From Bradymonadia bacterium (GTDB taxonomy: Bacteria; Myxococcota_A; Bradymonadia; UBA7976; UBA1532), in NCBI GenBank assembly GCA_046290225.1, contig JBKAGE010000049.1, positions 24,430 through 88,429 of the forward strand: DNA of 64,000 bases. The letters are read 5' to 3'. Of the stretch, positions 1-9,579 are shown one piece after another (positions within the stretch are counted from its first letter, which is position 1; the number at the start of each line of letters is the position of its first letter). The translations under genes were made by a program, and so were the position numbers. The notes under the pieces were generated by a model. That model saw only the letters and a program-made list of their open reading frames with translations, was not told the origin of the DNA and did not search any database.

Positions 1-390
1 GAAGCCCCGAGCAATTACGTGGGCTCTTGCGGCGGTGATGGCCCCGAGGTGGTCTTCGGCCTCTCCGTGGGCGAGCCGTCGTTCATCTTCGCCGCGGTGA
101 CGTGGGCGGAGTTCGATACGGTGATGTACGTCCGGTCGAGCGACTGCGACAACAACCTGCGCGAGGTGGCCTGCAACGACGACAGCGACTTTGGTGACAT
201 CGTGGGCCCCGGCCCTGGGTTTGGTGGTGAAGGTGAAGGCGGCGAGGGCGCTGATCCGAGCGTCTACTCCGCCATCGCCACGCCAGTGGGCCCCGGTGAG
301 ATCTACATCTTCCTCGACGGCTTCGACGAGTTCGAAGCGGGCGCAGCCACGATCGACATCTCCGTGGAAGAAGGCGGCCTCGAGGAGTGA
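1..390 (+). CDS. C-terminal part of a secreted/surface protein (PPC-like beta-sandwich), 5'-truncated by the window
   Basis: Frame is open from base 1. Motifs FDTVMYVR..C....EVACNDD and GEIYIFLDGF are typical of myxobacterial PPC-like domains. Stop overlaps the next start (GTGA). Confidence 0.7.
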   Translation, partial: EAPSNYVGSCGGDGPEVVFGLSVGEPSFIFAAVTWAEFDTVMYVRSSDCDNNLREVACNDDSDFGDIVGPGPGFGGEGEGGEGADPSVYSAIATPVGPGEIYIFLDGFDEFEAGAATIDISVEEGGLEE

Positions 391-2282
391 TCAACCGCCC
401 CCTCCTTTGCATGCTGGCCCTGCTCTGGGGCTGCACCGATCCCCACTCGGCCCCCACACCTGATGCAGGCTTCGACGCCGCTCTCGACCTCGACGGAGGG
501 CTCGACGCCGGCCGGTCATCACTTCAGGTGGTGCCCATGGCCGACGGGCCCTTACTCCTCGGGGTATGGCACGACGGGGCCTCGATCTGGCTCGCGGGCG
601 GCCGCTCCGGTGACACCGGTGGCGTACTGCTCACCGGCGGCGACACACTGACGCAGGCCCCCATCCCGCCAGGGCCGCCGCTCTGGTGGGTCTGGGGCAC
701 CGGCGAGCAACGCTTTGCCTCTGGAGAAGGCGGCCGCATCGTGCGCTTCGACGGCGCACGTTGGCTGGCCGAGCCCACAGGGTTGCCAGACATGGCGGTG
801 CTCTGGGGCATCTGGGGTTCTGGGCCTGAAGATCTCTGGGCAGTGGGTGGCTCCCCACGCCCTGATGGGCCCAAGGGGGTGATCCTGCGGTCCACCGGAG
901 ACGGCCAGTGGGAACGGGTGGATCACCCTGCCCTGCCCACGACCAGCAACCTTTACAAAGTCTGGGGCACAGGGCCCAACGACGTGCACATCGTGGGCGA
1001 AGCCGGCGTGGCCCTGCACTGGGACGGCGCCGACTACCGCCGTATCGACACGGGCACTGACGCGATCTTGTTCACGGTGCATGGTCAGCCTGAAGGACCG
1101 ATCTTCGCCGTGGGCGGCACCGCCTCGGGGGTGGCGCTGCAATGGAGTGGTGATCGCTGGATCGACGCGGGGCTCCCAGAGGGTCTGCCCCCGCTCAACG
1201 GGGTCTTCGTCGCTGAAGACGGCGTGGTGTACGTCACGGGCCAGCGGAATCGCATCGCCCGACGCGATCTCGAGGGTGAGTGGTCCACGGTCATGTTCGA
1301 CGGCCGCCGAGAGAGCGCCGACACACTGCACGCGGTCTGGGGGCGCGCCCCTGGTGAGATCTGGGTGGTGGGCGGCGACTTCTTCGGTGGCAATGGCGGG
1401 GTGTTGATCACGGATCGTGCACCTCGGCCCACACTCGACTTCACCCCACCTCCACAGCCTGATGCTGGCCTGCCCGACATGGATCTCCCCGACGTCGAGC
1501 CCCCAGATTCAGAGCCGCTGGACTTCGCGCTGCCCGATGTGGAGATCCCCGATATGGGCCTGCCTGATCTCGATCTCCCCGACGCAGATGGGCCGCCGAT
1601 CTGCGGGGATGAACGGGTGCAGGGAGACGAGACTTGCGATGACGGCAACCGCCAAATCGGAGATGGCTGCGACGCGGACTGCCAGCTCGAGTGCGGCAAT
1701 GGACGCCTCGACCCCGGCGAGGCCTGTGAGGATGGCAATCGAGATCCTGGTGATGGTTGCGACGCTGAGTGCCGTCGAGAGTGCGGGAACGGCCGCATCG
1801 ACGGAGACGAAGCCTGCGATGACGGCAACCGAGAGCCCAATGACGGCTGTGATCGCTTCTGCCGGCTGGAGTGTGGCAACGCACAGCTCGACGGCGACGA
1901 GACCTGCGATGACGGCAACACTGAGCCCGATGATGGCTGTGACGAGGCATGCCGCCTCGAATGTGGGAACGGCCAGCTCGACGGCGACGAGGCCTGCGAT
2001 GACGGCAACACCGAGCCTGGCGACGGCTGTGATGCTCAGTGTGAGGTAGAGCGCCTCCCAGGTCCGGGAGAGATCTGCCCTGATCTGGTGTGTGCCGAGC
2101 CCTTCGAATGCTGGGGGGTGGCCGATTTGAACTTCACGAATTACTGCCTCAAGCCTTGTGAAGTGGTGACGGACTGTATCGATGACTTTGGTCCGGAAGT
2201 CTGCTGTCAGCCTCCGGGGCCCCAGCTGCTCGATACATTCTGTGTGCCCCAAGCGTTATTGCAGGATCCTTGTGGGGAATAA
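387..2282 (+). CDS. Lipoprotein: beta-propeller-like (LxGxWGxxxxDxWAVG repeats), PD-rich linker and five Myxococcus Cys-rich repeats
   Basis: Lipobox LWGC, repeated WG-S/T-G-P-x-D-x-W/H-x-VG blades, CGNGxxDGDExCDDGN repeats. Confidence 0.8.
   Translation: MINRPLLCMLALLWGCTDPHSAPTPDAGFDAALDLDGGLDAGRSSLQVVPMADGPLLLGVWHDGASIWLAGGRSGDTGGVLLTGGDTLTQAPIPPGPPLWWVWGTGEQRFASGEGGRIVRFDGARWLAEPTGLPDMAVLWGIWGSGPEDLWAVGGSPRPDGPKGVILRSTGDGQWERVDHPALPTTSNLYKVWGTGPNDVHIVGEAGVALHWDGADYRRIDTGTDAILFTVHGQPEGPIFAVGGTASGVALQWSGDRWIDAGLPEGLPPLNGVFVAEDGVVYVTGQRNRIARRDLEGEWSTVMFDGRRESADTLHAVWGRAPGEIWVVGGDFFGGNGGVLITDRAPRPTLDFTPPPQPDAGLPDMDLPDVEPPDSEPLDFALPDVEIPDMGLPDLDLPDADGPPICGDERVQGDETCDDGNRQIGDGCDADCQLECGNGRLDPGEACEDGNRDPGDGCDAECRRECGNGRIDGDEACDDGNREPNDGCDRFCRLECGNAQLDGDETCDDGNTEPDDGCDEACRLECGNGQLDGDEACDDGNTEPGDGCDAQCEVERLPGPGEICPDLVCAEPFECWGVADLNFTNYCLKPCEVVTDCIDDFGPEVCCQPPGPQLLDTFCVPQALLQDPCGE
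1602..2051 (+). repeat. Five tandem 90-bp (30-aa) Myxococcus cysteine-rich repeats (DUF4215-like)
   Basis: CGD/NGxxD/QGDE(T/A)CDDGNxxPxDGCDxxCxxE x5 in the translation, with matching nucleotide repeats. Confidence 0.9.
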
Positions 2283-2302
2283 CGACACTGCTTGCTGAGC
2301 CT

Positions 2303-2614
2303 TTGTAGGCAGTCATCGCTGCGCTCTGCCTGCGTAGGCGTCCGGCCTTCGGCACATCTTCGATGCGCCTCGTCGGTCGCGTACACGTCGGCGTACTCGC
2401 TGGCGCGAGCAGGCCTCCGGGTAGGCAGGGTCGCTCAGGGCTTCGCCCTTTACGCAGGGAGCGAGCGAAAAGGGCGAAGCCCTGAGCGACCCTGCCTACC
2501 CGGAGGGGTTCCGCGCAAGCGGATGCCCGAACGTGTACGCAGCTCCAAGGCGGGCCGCAGGCCGGCCGTCGGCAGCTGCCTACGCAGGCAGAGCGCAGCG
2601 ATGACTGCCTACAA
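2303..2614. repeat. Nested palindromic GTAG-type REP/REPIN-like element, copy 1
   Basis: Perfect 37-bp outer inverted repeat (2303-2339 / 2578-2614) and perfect 38-bp inner inverted repeat (2414-2451 / 2469-2506). Both carry GTAGGCAG. Confidence 0.85.
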
Positions 2615-2755
2615 GGGCCCAAGCACGACCTCACAAATCAGCGAGAGGGCCATCATCAAAAATCTTGATGCTCTTCTTCGATCCTTTGTCTCTCCCACAC
2701 ATCTCGAGCGCTCCGTAGCCTTCACACCACGAACACCCCCAACAAGGAGGACATC

Positions 2756-4594
2756 ATGGTGTGGCGCCATTTCATGTGTGGGATCAGCGCATTGACGCTG
2801 AGCCTTTCGCTCGTGGCCTGTGACGATGACGACAGCGATGGTACGGCAGCAGACGGTGCCGGTGGCGAGGCTGGTGCTGGTGGCATGGCCGGTGCCGGCG
2901 GAGAAGCAGGCGGTGCCGGCGGTGATGCTGGTGCTGGTGGCGACATCGGCGGCGCAGGTGGAGAAGCCGGCGGCGCAGGCGGTGACATCGGCGGCGAAGG
3001 CGGCATGATGGGCGGCGCCGGTGGCATGGTCGAAGGCCAGCCCGTCATCGAGATGAGCGTGCGCCTCGTGCCCGAGGCCAACTACAACACTTTCGCCACC
3101 GCCCACAGCACCTACCGGACCGCCCTCGGCGGCGAAGACGGGGTAGGCGACCACGCCCTGTTCCGCACCTTCTTCTCGGGCTCTGCCCCCGACGTGCCTG
3201 CAGCGCGGGTCGGTCTCACCGAGTTCACCGTTTTCGACTCAGAAGCGGACTACGACGCCGCCATGGCCGCCGTCGGTGATGCCGAGAGCGCCCTCGACGC
3301 CTTGAGCGCCGAAGAGGTGCAGATGCTCGTGCGCTTCGAAGACGGCAGCGTCGACCTGAGCACGCTCAGCGGCGCCGCCCTCGAGATCGCCGTGCGCGAC
3401 GTCGACCCGGCCAACCGTGAGGCCTATGACGCCGCTCAGGCGGCCTTCCTCGAGGTGCTCACGGGCATCGACGGCGCCGTCACCCAGGAGTTCGAGCTGG
3501 TCCGGGCAGAGCCCACCTTCACCGCGGGCTTCTCCACCTACGCCACCCAGGACAGCCTCAACGAAACCCTGGGCTTCTATGGATTCGATCAGCGTGCCTT
3601 CGACTTCTTCGGCAGCTTCCGGCTGGCCTCGTCACAGTTCGGGTTCCAGAGCCCGGACCCCAGCCCCGTGGTGCTGCCCGAAGCCCTCGCACTCAATGAC
3701 ACTGCGGCGCCTGAAGACATCATCACCTTCGAGCACACCGTCTATGTCTCCGACATTGCAGGTGGCTCAGTGCTCGCCCTCGACCTGCTCAACCTCGACA
3801 ACGGTCCTCGCACCTTCGTGCCAGCACCACCTATGGGTGATGCTCGGCCGTCGACCTGGGGCCTGCGCATCGATGCCGATCGTCGGCGCCTACTCGTGGC
3901 CGCCAACCCGGCCTACGGCTTCGACGGCAACGTCACCGCCCCATGCGAGCTTCGAGCGTACAACATCGACGACGGCAGCCTCGCCGGCAGCTGGGTGTTG
4001 CCCGAGGGCACCGTGGGCAACGCTGTGGTGGTGGATGATGCCGGACGCTACTACGTGGGCGACATCGGCCCCGACGCCCGCATCATCAAGGTCGATCCAG
4101 AGACCGACGAGGTGTCGACCTGGGCGGACCCGGAAGACTTCGTCGACGGCGGCTTTGGTCTCGGCGGCATGGTCTTCGGTGACGACGCCTTCTACGGCAT
4201 TCAGGCCCCGGAGCTGTTCTACCGCATCCCCCTCGAGGCCGATGGCAGCGCTGGTACGCTGCAGAAGGTCGCTCTCGTAGACGGCGAGGGCGCCGAGGTG
4301 ACCCAGTTCTTCGCTGACGGCATGACCTGGGCCGACGGCACCCTGTGGTACGCCCTCAACGACGTCCAGGTCGAGGGGGCCAACGGGGTGGTCTTCCGCG
4401 TGGACTTCGACGGCCTGACCTCAGGCACCCTCACCCCGGCGCAGGCCGGCCTCAAAGATCCCTCCGGCGTCACCGCCACCGAGATCTTCGGCGAGCCCAC
4501 CCTGCTGGTGAACGAGTCCCAGCTCGGCCACGCCTTTGGCGTAGATCCCGGGGCGCCGAATACTCCGTTCAGAGTGCTGCGCTTCACGCGATAA
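2756..4594 (+). CDS. Lipoprotein: Gly-rich linker, duplicated ferredoxin-like (ABM/EthD-like) domains and SMP-30/gluconolactonase-like beta-propeller
   Basis: RBS AAGGAGG, lipobox LVAC, GAGGEAG repeats, PEDI...VYVSD, GNAVVVDDAGRYYV and ADGMTW propeller motifs. Confidence 0.7.
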   Translation: MVWRHFMCGISALTLSLSLVACDDDDSDGTAADGAGGEAGAGGMAGAGGEAGGAGGDAGAGGDIGGAGGEAGGAGGDIGGEGGMMGGAGGMVEGQPVIEMSVRLVPEANYNTFATAHSTYRTALGGEDGVGDHALFRTFFSGSAPDVPAARVGLTEFTVFDSEADYDAAMAAVGDAESALDALSAEEVQMLVRFEDGSVDLSTLSGAALEIAVRDVDPANREAYDAAQAAFLEVLTGIDGAVTQEFELVRAEPTFTAGFSTYATQDSLNETLGFYGFDQRAFDFFGSFRLASSQFGFQSPDPSPVVLPEALALNDTAAPEDIITFEHTVYVSDIAGGSVLALDLLNLDNGPRTFVPAPPMGDARPSTWGLRIDADRRRLLVAANPAYGFDGNVTAPCELRAYNIDDGSLAGSWVLPEGTVGNAVVVDDAGRYYVGDIGPDARIIKVDPETDEVSTWADPEDFVDGGFGLGGMVFGDDAFYGIQAPELFYRIPLEADGSAGTLQKVALVDGEGAEVTQFFADGMTWADGTLWYALNDVQVEGANGVVFRVDFDGLTSGTLTPAQAGLKDPSGVTATEIFGEPTLLVNESQLGHAFGVDPGAPNTPFRVLRFTR

Positions 4595-4604
4595 AATAGA
4601 AGAC

Positions 4605-5513
4605 ATGTTCGACGATCAGTTCGCCAACGCCCTCACGATGGACCAGCTCAAAGTCTTCGTGACCATTGTGCAGATGGGCAGCTTCTCCGCTGCTGCCCGT
4701 GCCCTCAAACGCACCCAGGGCTCGGTGAGCTATCACGTGGGCAGCCTCGAAGCACAGCTCGACCTCACCCTCTTCGACCGTACTCAGCGGCCTGCGAAGC
4801 TCACCCCAGAAGGGCATACCGTTTTTCAGGCAGCGCTGAAGACCCTCGAAGCCTTTCACGATCTCAAGCAGGTGGCCTACACCCTCTCCGAGGGCCTGGA
4901 GAGCCGGGTGCATCTCGCTGTTGACGCCCTGTTTCCCTCCGAAAATCTCGGGGCGCTCCTCCATCGCTTTCAGAGCCGGTTCCCCTCTGTCGATTTGGTG
5001 GTGTCCAGCGGCGTGGTTGAGTTCGCCCTCCAACAGCTGCTCGAAGGCCGGGCGGATCTGGCCATCAGCCCACCACTATCCATCTCAGAGGGGCTCGTGG
5101 CTCACCCGTGCACGCGGGTGGTGATGGTGCCCGTGGCCTCACCTCTGCACCCGCTGGCGCAGAGCAGCGTCCCCGTCACCGCAGCCATGCTCGATGCCCA
5201 TGTGCACCTCGTAGTGGCCCGGGCACCCGATCACGGTCACTCCTTCGCCCTGGGCCACAACAGCGCGCGGCGCTGGTTCATCAGCGATCCACAGCGCCGT
5301 CATGCGCTCCTGCTCTCTGGTCTCGGGTGGGCGCGACTGCCGCAACACGAGGCACGGCAAAGGCTGGCCAGTGGTGATCTGGTCTTGCTCGAGGCCGATG
5401 ACACGCTGCCATCCCGCACAGTGCCCTTGAGGGTGTTTCACCACGCCGACGCCACCATGGGGCCAGCGACACAATGGCTGATCTCGGCGTTGACCGAGGC
5501 ATCAGAGCTGTAG
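4605..5513 (+). CDS. LysR-family transcriptional regulator
   Basis: QLKVFVTIVQMGSFSAAARALKRTQGSVSY..LE..L...LFDR HTH, LT.EG hinge, about 300 aa. Confidence 0.95.
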   Translation: MFDDQFANALTMDQLKVFVTIVQMGSFSAAARALKRTQGSVSYHVGSLEAQLDLTLFDRTQRPAKLTPEGHTVFQAALKTLEAFHDLKQVAYTLSEGLESRVHLAVDALFPSENLGALLHRFQSRFPSVDLVVSSGVVEFALQQLLEGRADLAISPPLSISEGLVAHPCTRVVMVPVASPLHPLAQSSVPVTAAMLDAHVHLVVARAPDHGHSFALGHNSARRWFISDPQRRHALLLSGLGWARLPQHEARQRLASGDLVLLEADDTLPSRTVPLRVFHHADATMGPATQWLISALTEASEL

Positions 5514-5551
5514 GTATATCTCTCTGAGGGCTCGTCCTCCGAGGAGACACT

Positions 5552-6313
5552 GTGCACACGACCCCACCACAGCCTGCTTGGGCAGAGCACATCACCGATG
5601 ACGACTGCGGGCAGCGCGCCACCTTCATGGTCGACGGAGAGCTCTACGCCATGCGTTGGATCCCCCCTGGTCAGTTCATGATGGGCTCTCCGCTGAAAGA
5701 GAAGAACAGGCACCACACCGAGACGCTCCACGAGGTCATCCTCACCTCGGGCTTTTGGATGGGAGAGACCACCGTCACCCAGAGCCAATGGGTGGCGCTG
5801 ATGGGGGACAACCCGAGCCGCGCGAAAGATCCCCAATGCCCCGTGGACACCCTCAGCTGGGATGATTGCCACCGCTTCCTCGACCGGTTGAACTCGAGCG
5901 CGCCAGGGCTGGAGGCGAGGATGCCCACGGAGGCTCAGTGGGAGTATGCGTGTAGAGCAGGGACCGCCACCCTCTACTGGTGTGGCCACACCGTGAAGGC
6001 CCTGAAGACAACAGCCTGGTTCATGCGCAACTGCCGGGGGATCGCCCACCCTGTGGGCCTCAAAGAGGCGAACCCCTGGGGGCTGTACGACATGCACGGC
6101 AACGTCAAGGAATGGTGCCACGACTTCTTCGAGGACTACCCCGAAGGGATCGTCACTGATCCCACTGGCCCGACACAGGGATACAGTCGTGTGCTCCGGG
6201 GCGGCTGCTGGATGGGTGAGCCTCACGAGGTGCGCTCGGCAAGCCGCAAGGGCTATGGAGCAGACGATCCTGGTTTTGGTGATCGGGGCCTGCGGTTGGT
6301 GACGCCGGCCTGA
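5552..6313 (+). CDS. Formylglycine-generating enzyme-like (SUMF1/FGE-sulfatase) domain protein
   Basis: RWIPPGQFMMGSP, PTEAQWEYACRAG, NPWGLYDMHGNVKEWC, RVLRGGCW and GLRLV motifs. Confidence 0.92.
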   Translation: MHTTPPQPAWAEHITDDDCGQRATFMVDGELYAMRWIPPGQFMMGSPLKEKNRHHTETLHEVILTSGFWMGETTVTQSQWVALMGDNPSRAKDPQCPVDTLSWDDCHRFLDRLNSSAPGLEARMPTEAQWEYACRAGTATLYWCGHTVKALKTTAWFMRNCRGIAHPVGLKEANPWGLYDMHGNVKEWCHDFFEDYPEGIVTDPTGPTQGYSRVLRGGCWMGEPHEVRSASRKGYGADDPGFGDRGLRLVTPA

Positions 6314-6327
6314 CGCAGCACCCTCAG

Positions 6328-6726
6328 TCAGAAGACGCCCATCGACAGCGAGAACAACGCCAGCGGTGCGAACATCCACGCCAGCGCCATCCCCACCCCA
6401 AGACCCAACACCCACAACAGCCATCGCTGCCGTCGCCAGCCCTCTCGAAAATCGGATCCCTGCACCAACAGATCGATGATGTACGCCACGCAATAGCAGA
6501 TGTTGGCCATTATCCCGAGGATGAACAGCTCAAGCAGGACGTCAGGCCAAGTACCAGACTCATCGATCATCTGTTTCAACGGCCAGAGCCGCACGATGGC
6601 CACGACCGCCAGGATGATCGTGAAGGGGATCCGCCTGATCTCCCAATAGCGTAAGGCGTCGGAGATCATGGCGCGGAACGTCACAGGCGCTGGCGCCTCT
6701 GAATGGCTGGGCTCGCTGGGATGCAT
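6328..6726 (-). CDS. Small hypothetical membrane protein (about 3 TM)
   Basis: Three hydrophobic stretches, YWEIRRIPF and ANICYC motifs. Confidence 0.7.
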   Translation of the reverse strand: MHPSEPSHSEAPAPVTFRAMISDALRYWEIRRIPFTIILAVVAIVRLWPLKQMIDESGTWPDVLLELFILGIMANICYCVAYIIDLLVQGSDFREGWRRQRWLLWVLGLGVGMALAWMFAPLALFSLSMGVF

Positions 6727-6926
6727 CAGGAGATGAAGTCTCTGCTTGTTCGAACAACTGAGATGACATTAGAGCAGTATGCGAAGTGACCTGCCACACC
6801 AGAGTCGCCCATCGACGTGTACGCCACTCCTCGCGCAGCTCAATTTGTTGGCGCTTCAGCTCAAAGTGTATGGGTCTGGACTTATGGCCCCGAGAATACA
6901 CATCAGACACAGAACTTCCTGGAGCC

Positions 6927-8069
6927 TCAAAAGGTCACGCCCACTCCGGTCTCCATAGAAACCCCAGTGACGCTTCCCCGACCACGATCGATCTCGATGG
7001 CTGCATTGAAGGCGGCACCAAGATCGAGCATGAACACACCCACAACCCATCGATAGCCAAGCTCTGGCTGGAGCACTAAATAGAACCCAGGATCTGGGGT
7101 GTAGTCGACGAATTCGCAATCACCGGTACATTGCCACTCCACGTTCATAAAGCCCCCAGCAAGGCCCAGGTAGAAGCCGTGGCCAAGGTCGTTGGGATAA
7201 ATGTGAGCACCTCCGAGGACGCTGGCGGCAGAGCTCAGCCCGTCCCCGAACTTTGCCGGTATGGCCTCTCCGCTGCCGTTGAGCTGAAGGCGGCCAAACC
7301 ATCCCACCGTGCCATCCGGGATCCCCTCCAGAGTGAAACTGGGGCCAAAAAACATCACGCCGAGGGGATCCCCCTTCAGGGCGAAAGTCTTGTGGGGTTT
7401 CTTTTTGCGCTTTCGACGCTTTGCCTGGGCACGGACACGCTGCTCGATGGACCGATCAACAGACACCTTTTCAGCGAGCCCAGGAGACGGCGCGGGCTGC
7501 TCGGACGCCGTCGGCTCTGGTGGTGAAGGAGGCGCTGCTGGCGCGGATGGGGCTGGCGCGGATGCCTCTGGTGGAGATTCAGGCATGATGACGTCTATGA
7601 GCTGGTGGGCAGAGACCAGGAGCGACTCTTCCAGTTGAAGTACGTCGTTCCCTTTGGCCTGCTTGCTCGCGAGCAACGTCCCATCACGTGTTTCGTGCAG
7701 CTTCATCACCACCCTGAGCGTGTTGCCGAAGGTGATGATCTGCCCCGAGATGATGTAGTCCACGCCGATGTTGCGCCCCGTCTCGACCTCGCAGGCCCCC
7801 TCGCAGCTCGCCAGGTCCACGCCGGGCGGCAGCATGGCCAGAATGTTCTCCTGGCTCATGAGGAAAAACGACGACCTCGGCAAACGTGTGGCCTGCTCCC
7901 GCACCAGGTTGGTGATGAACTGTGCCTCTTCCACGGTCAGCGACGTGCTGTTGATGAACTCCAGCACCGCAATTTTCTTTTGCGGACCTGTCGTCGCCCC
8001 AACCTCACCCAGGGTGAGACACCACACACACATGACCCACAACAGACCCGCTCGCCTGACGCCCCGCAT
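6927..8069 (-). CDS. Secreted protein: CsgG/TolB-N-like domain, Pro-rich linker and C-terminal outer-membrane beta-barrel-like region
   Basis: Signal peptide, KIAVLEF...SCEGACEVETGRNIGVDYIISG, amphipathic C-terminal strands ending GVGVTF. Confidence 0.65.
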   Translation of the reverse strand: MRGVRRAGLLWVMCVWCLTLGEVGATTGPQKKIAVLEFINSTSLTVEEAQFITNLVREQATRLPRSSFFLMSQENILAMLPPGVDLASCEGACEVETGRNIGVDYIISGQIITFGNTLRVVMKLHETRDGTLLASKQAKGNDVLQLEESLLVSAHQLIDVIMPESPPEASAPAPSAPAAPPSPPEPTASEQPAPSPGLAEKVSVDRSIEQRVRAQAKRRKRKKKPHKTFALKGDPLGVMFFGPSFTLEGIPDGTVGWFGRLQLNGSGEAIPAKFGDGLSSAASVLGGAHIYPNDLGHGFYLGLAGGFMNVEWQCTGDCEFVDYTPDPGFYLVLQPELGYRWVVGVFMLDLGAAFNAAIEIDRGRGSVTGVSMETGVGVTF

Positions 8070-8085
8070 CTTTCGACCCTTGTGC

Positions 8086-9579
8086 TCAACTGTATCCGTC
8101 TCGCCTCGGCAACCTGCTCTCGCCCATCAGAAATAGATCGATTTGTCGAGCAACTTCCCTGCCCTCGGCGATGGCCCATACCACCAGAGACTGACCCCGG
8201 CGGCAATCCCCCGCAGCGAATACTCCGGGCACTGAAGTGATGTAATCCCCTTCGGCGGCGCGCACGTTGCCCCTGCCATCGAGGTCGACCGAGAGCTCAC
8301 TGATGAGGGCGTCGTGCACCGGATGTACATACCCCATGGCCAGCAGCACCAGATCGCAGGGGAACACCTGCTCGGTGCCGTCGATGGGCACTGGGCGCCC
8401 TTGCTCGAACTTCACCTGAACTGCGTGCAACGCCTCAAGCCGACCATCAGTGCCGCTGAAGTGGGTGGTCATCATGGCGAAGGCCCGATCACCGCCTTCT
8501 TCGTGCGAAGACGAGAGGCGCAACATGTGGGGCCAGAGCGGCCAGGGCGTTGACGCATCACGGGTCGCTGGGGGCTCTTCCATCAGCTCGAGGTTGAGGA
8601 CCGAGAGGGCCCCTTGACGGTGGCTGGTGCCGATGCAGTCCGATCCAGTGTCACCGCCGCCGATGACCACCACCCGCTTGCCTTCGGCAGAGATGGGCGC
8701 CCCATCGAAGGGCTGACCGCTCACCCGCTTGTTCGACTGCCGCAGGAAGTCCATGGCGAAGTGCACCCCGTCGAGATCTCGACCCTCGATGGGCAAATCT
8801 CTGGGGTGCTCTGATCCACACGCGAGCAGCACGGCGTCATAGTCGGCCTGTAGCTTCGACGCAGAGACATCACGGCCCACAGTGACGCCAGTCTCGAAGG
8901 TGACCCCCTCGGCGACCATCTGCTCGACTCGGCGAGTCACCAGCCACTTCTCCAACTTGAAGTCGGGGATCCCATAGCGCAGCAGGCCGCCCACGTGCTG
9001 CTCGCGTTCGAAGACCGTCACCGCATGGCCTGCACGGGCGAGCTGTTGCGCTGCAGCGAGACCCGCAGGACCAGAGCCTACCACCGCCACCTGCTTGCCA
9101 CTTCGGCGTGAAGGGGGTTGGGGCGTGATCCAGCCTTTCTCCCAGCCGTAGCGGGCGATCTCGTATTCGATGCGCTTGATGGTGACGGGCTCGTCGCCAA
9201 TGCCCAACACACAGGCGGACTCACAAGGCGCCGGACAGACCAGACCGGTGAACTCGGGGAAGTTGTTGGTGTCGTGGAGCACCTCGAGGGCGTGCTGCCA
9301 TTGATCGCGGAACACCAGATCGTTGAAGTCGGGGATCACGTTCCCGAGGGGGCAGCCACTGCTGCAGAACGGCACCCCGCAGTCCATACAGCGTTTCGCC
9401 TGCACCTGCGCCTTCTCTGGCGGCATGTCCTGCATGACCTCACGCCAGTCCTGCAGGCGCTCGTCGACCGGGCGCAGCGGGTGATCTTCGCGTGCGTGCT
9501 CCAGGAAACCCCGGGCCTTGCTCAGGGTACGTTGGAACGTGTCCAAGGGCTTTTCACCGCCTTTTGGATGCCGAGTCAT
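8086..9579 (-). CDS. gltD: Glutamate synthase small subunit
   Basis: [16 protein letters not shown] Fe-S motif, [12 protein letters not shown] and [11 protein letters not shown]ossmann motifs, [14 protein letters not shown]. Coupled to gltB. Confidence 0.97.
   Translation of the reverse strand: MTRHPKGGEKPLDTFQRTLSKARGFLEHAREDHPLRPVDERLQDWREVMQDMPPEKAQVQAKRCMDCGVPFCSSGCPLGNVIPDFNDLVFRDQWQHALEVLHDTNNFPEFTGLVCPAPCESACVLGIGDEPVTIKRIEYEIARYGWEKGWITPQPPSRRSGKQVAVVGSGPAGLAAAQQLARAGHAVTVFEREQHVGGLLRYGIPDFKLEKWLVTRRVEQMVAEGVTFETGVTVGRDVSASKLQADYDAVLLACGSEHPRDLPIEGRDLDGVHFAMDFLRQSNKRVSGQPFDGAPISAEGKRVVVIGGGDTGSDCIGTSHRQGALSVLNLELMEEPPATRDASTPWPLWPHMLRLSSSHEEGGDRAFAMMTTHFSGTDGRLEALHAVQVKFEQGRPVPIDGTEQVFPCDLVLLAMGYVHPVHDALISELSVDLDGRGNVRAAEGDYITSVPGVFAAGDCRRGQSLVVWAIAEGREVARQIDLFLMGESRLPRRDGYS

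Noticed and set aside
2149..2795. ORFs 2292..2795 (+) and 2149..2634 (-) sharing near-identical peptide segments
   Set aside because: Artefact of translating both arms of the palindromic REP element; not genes.
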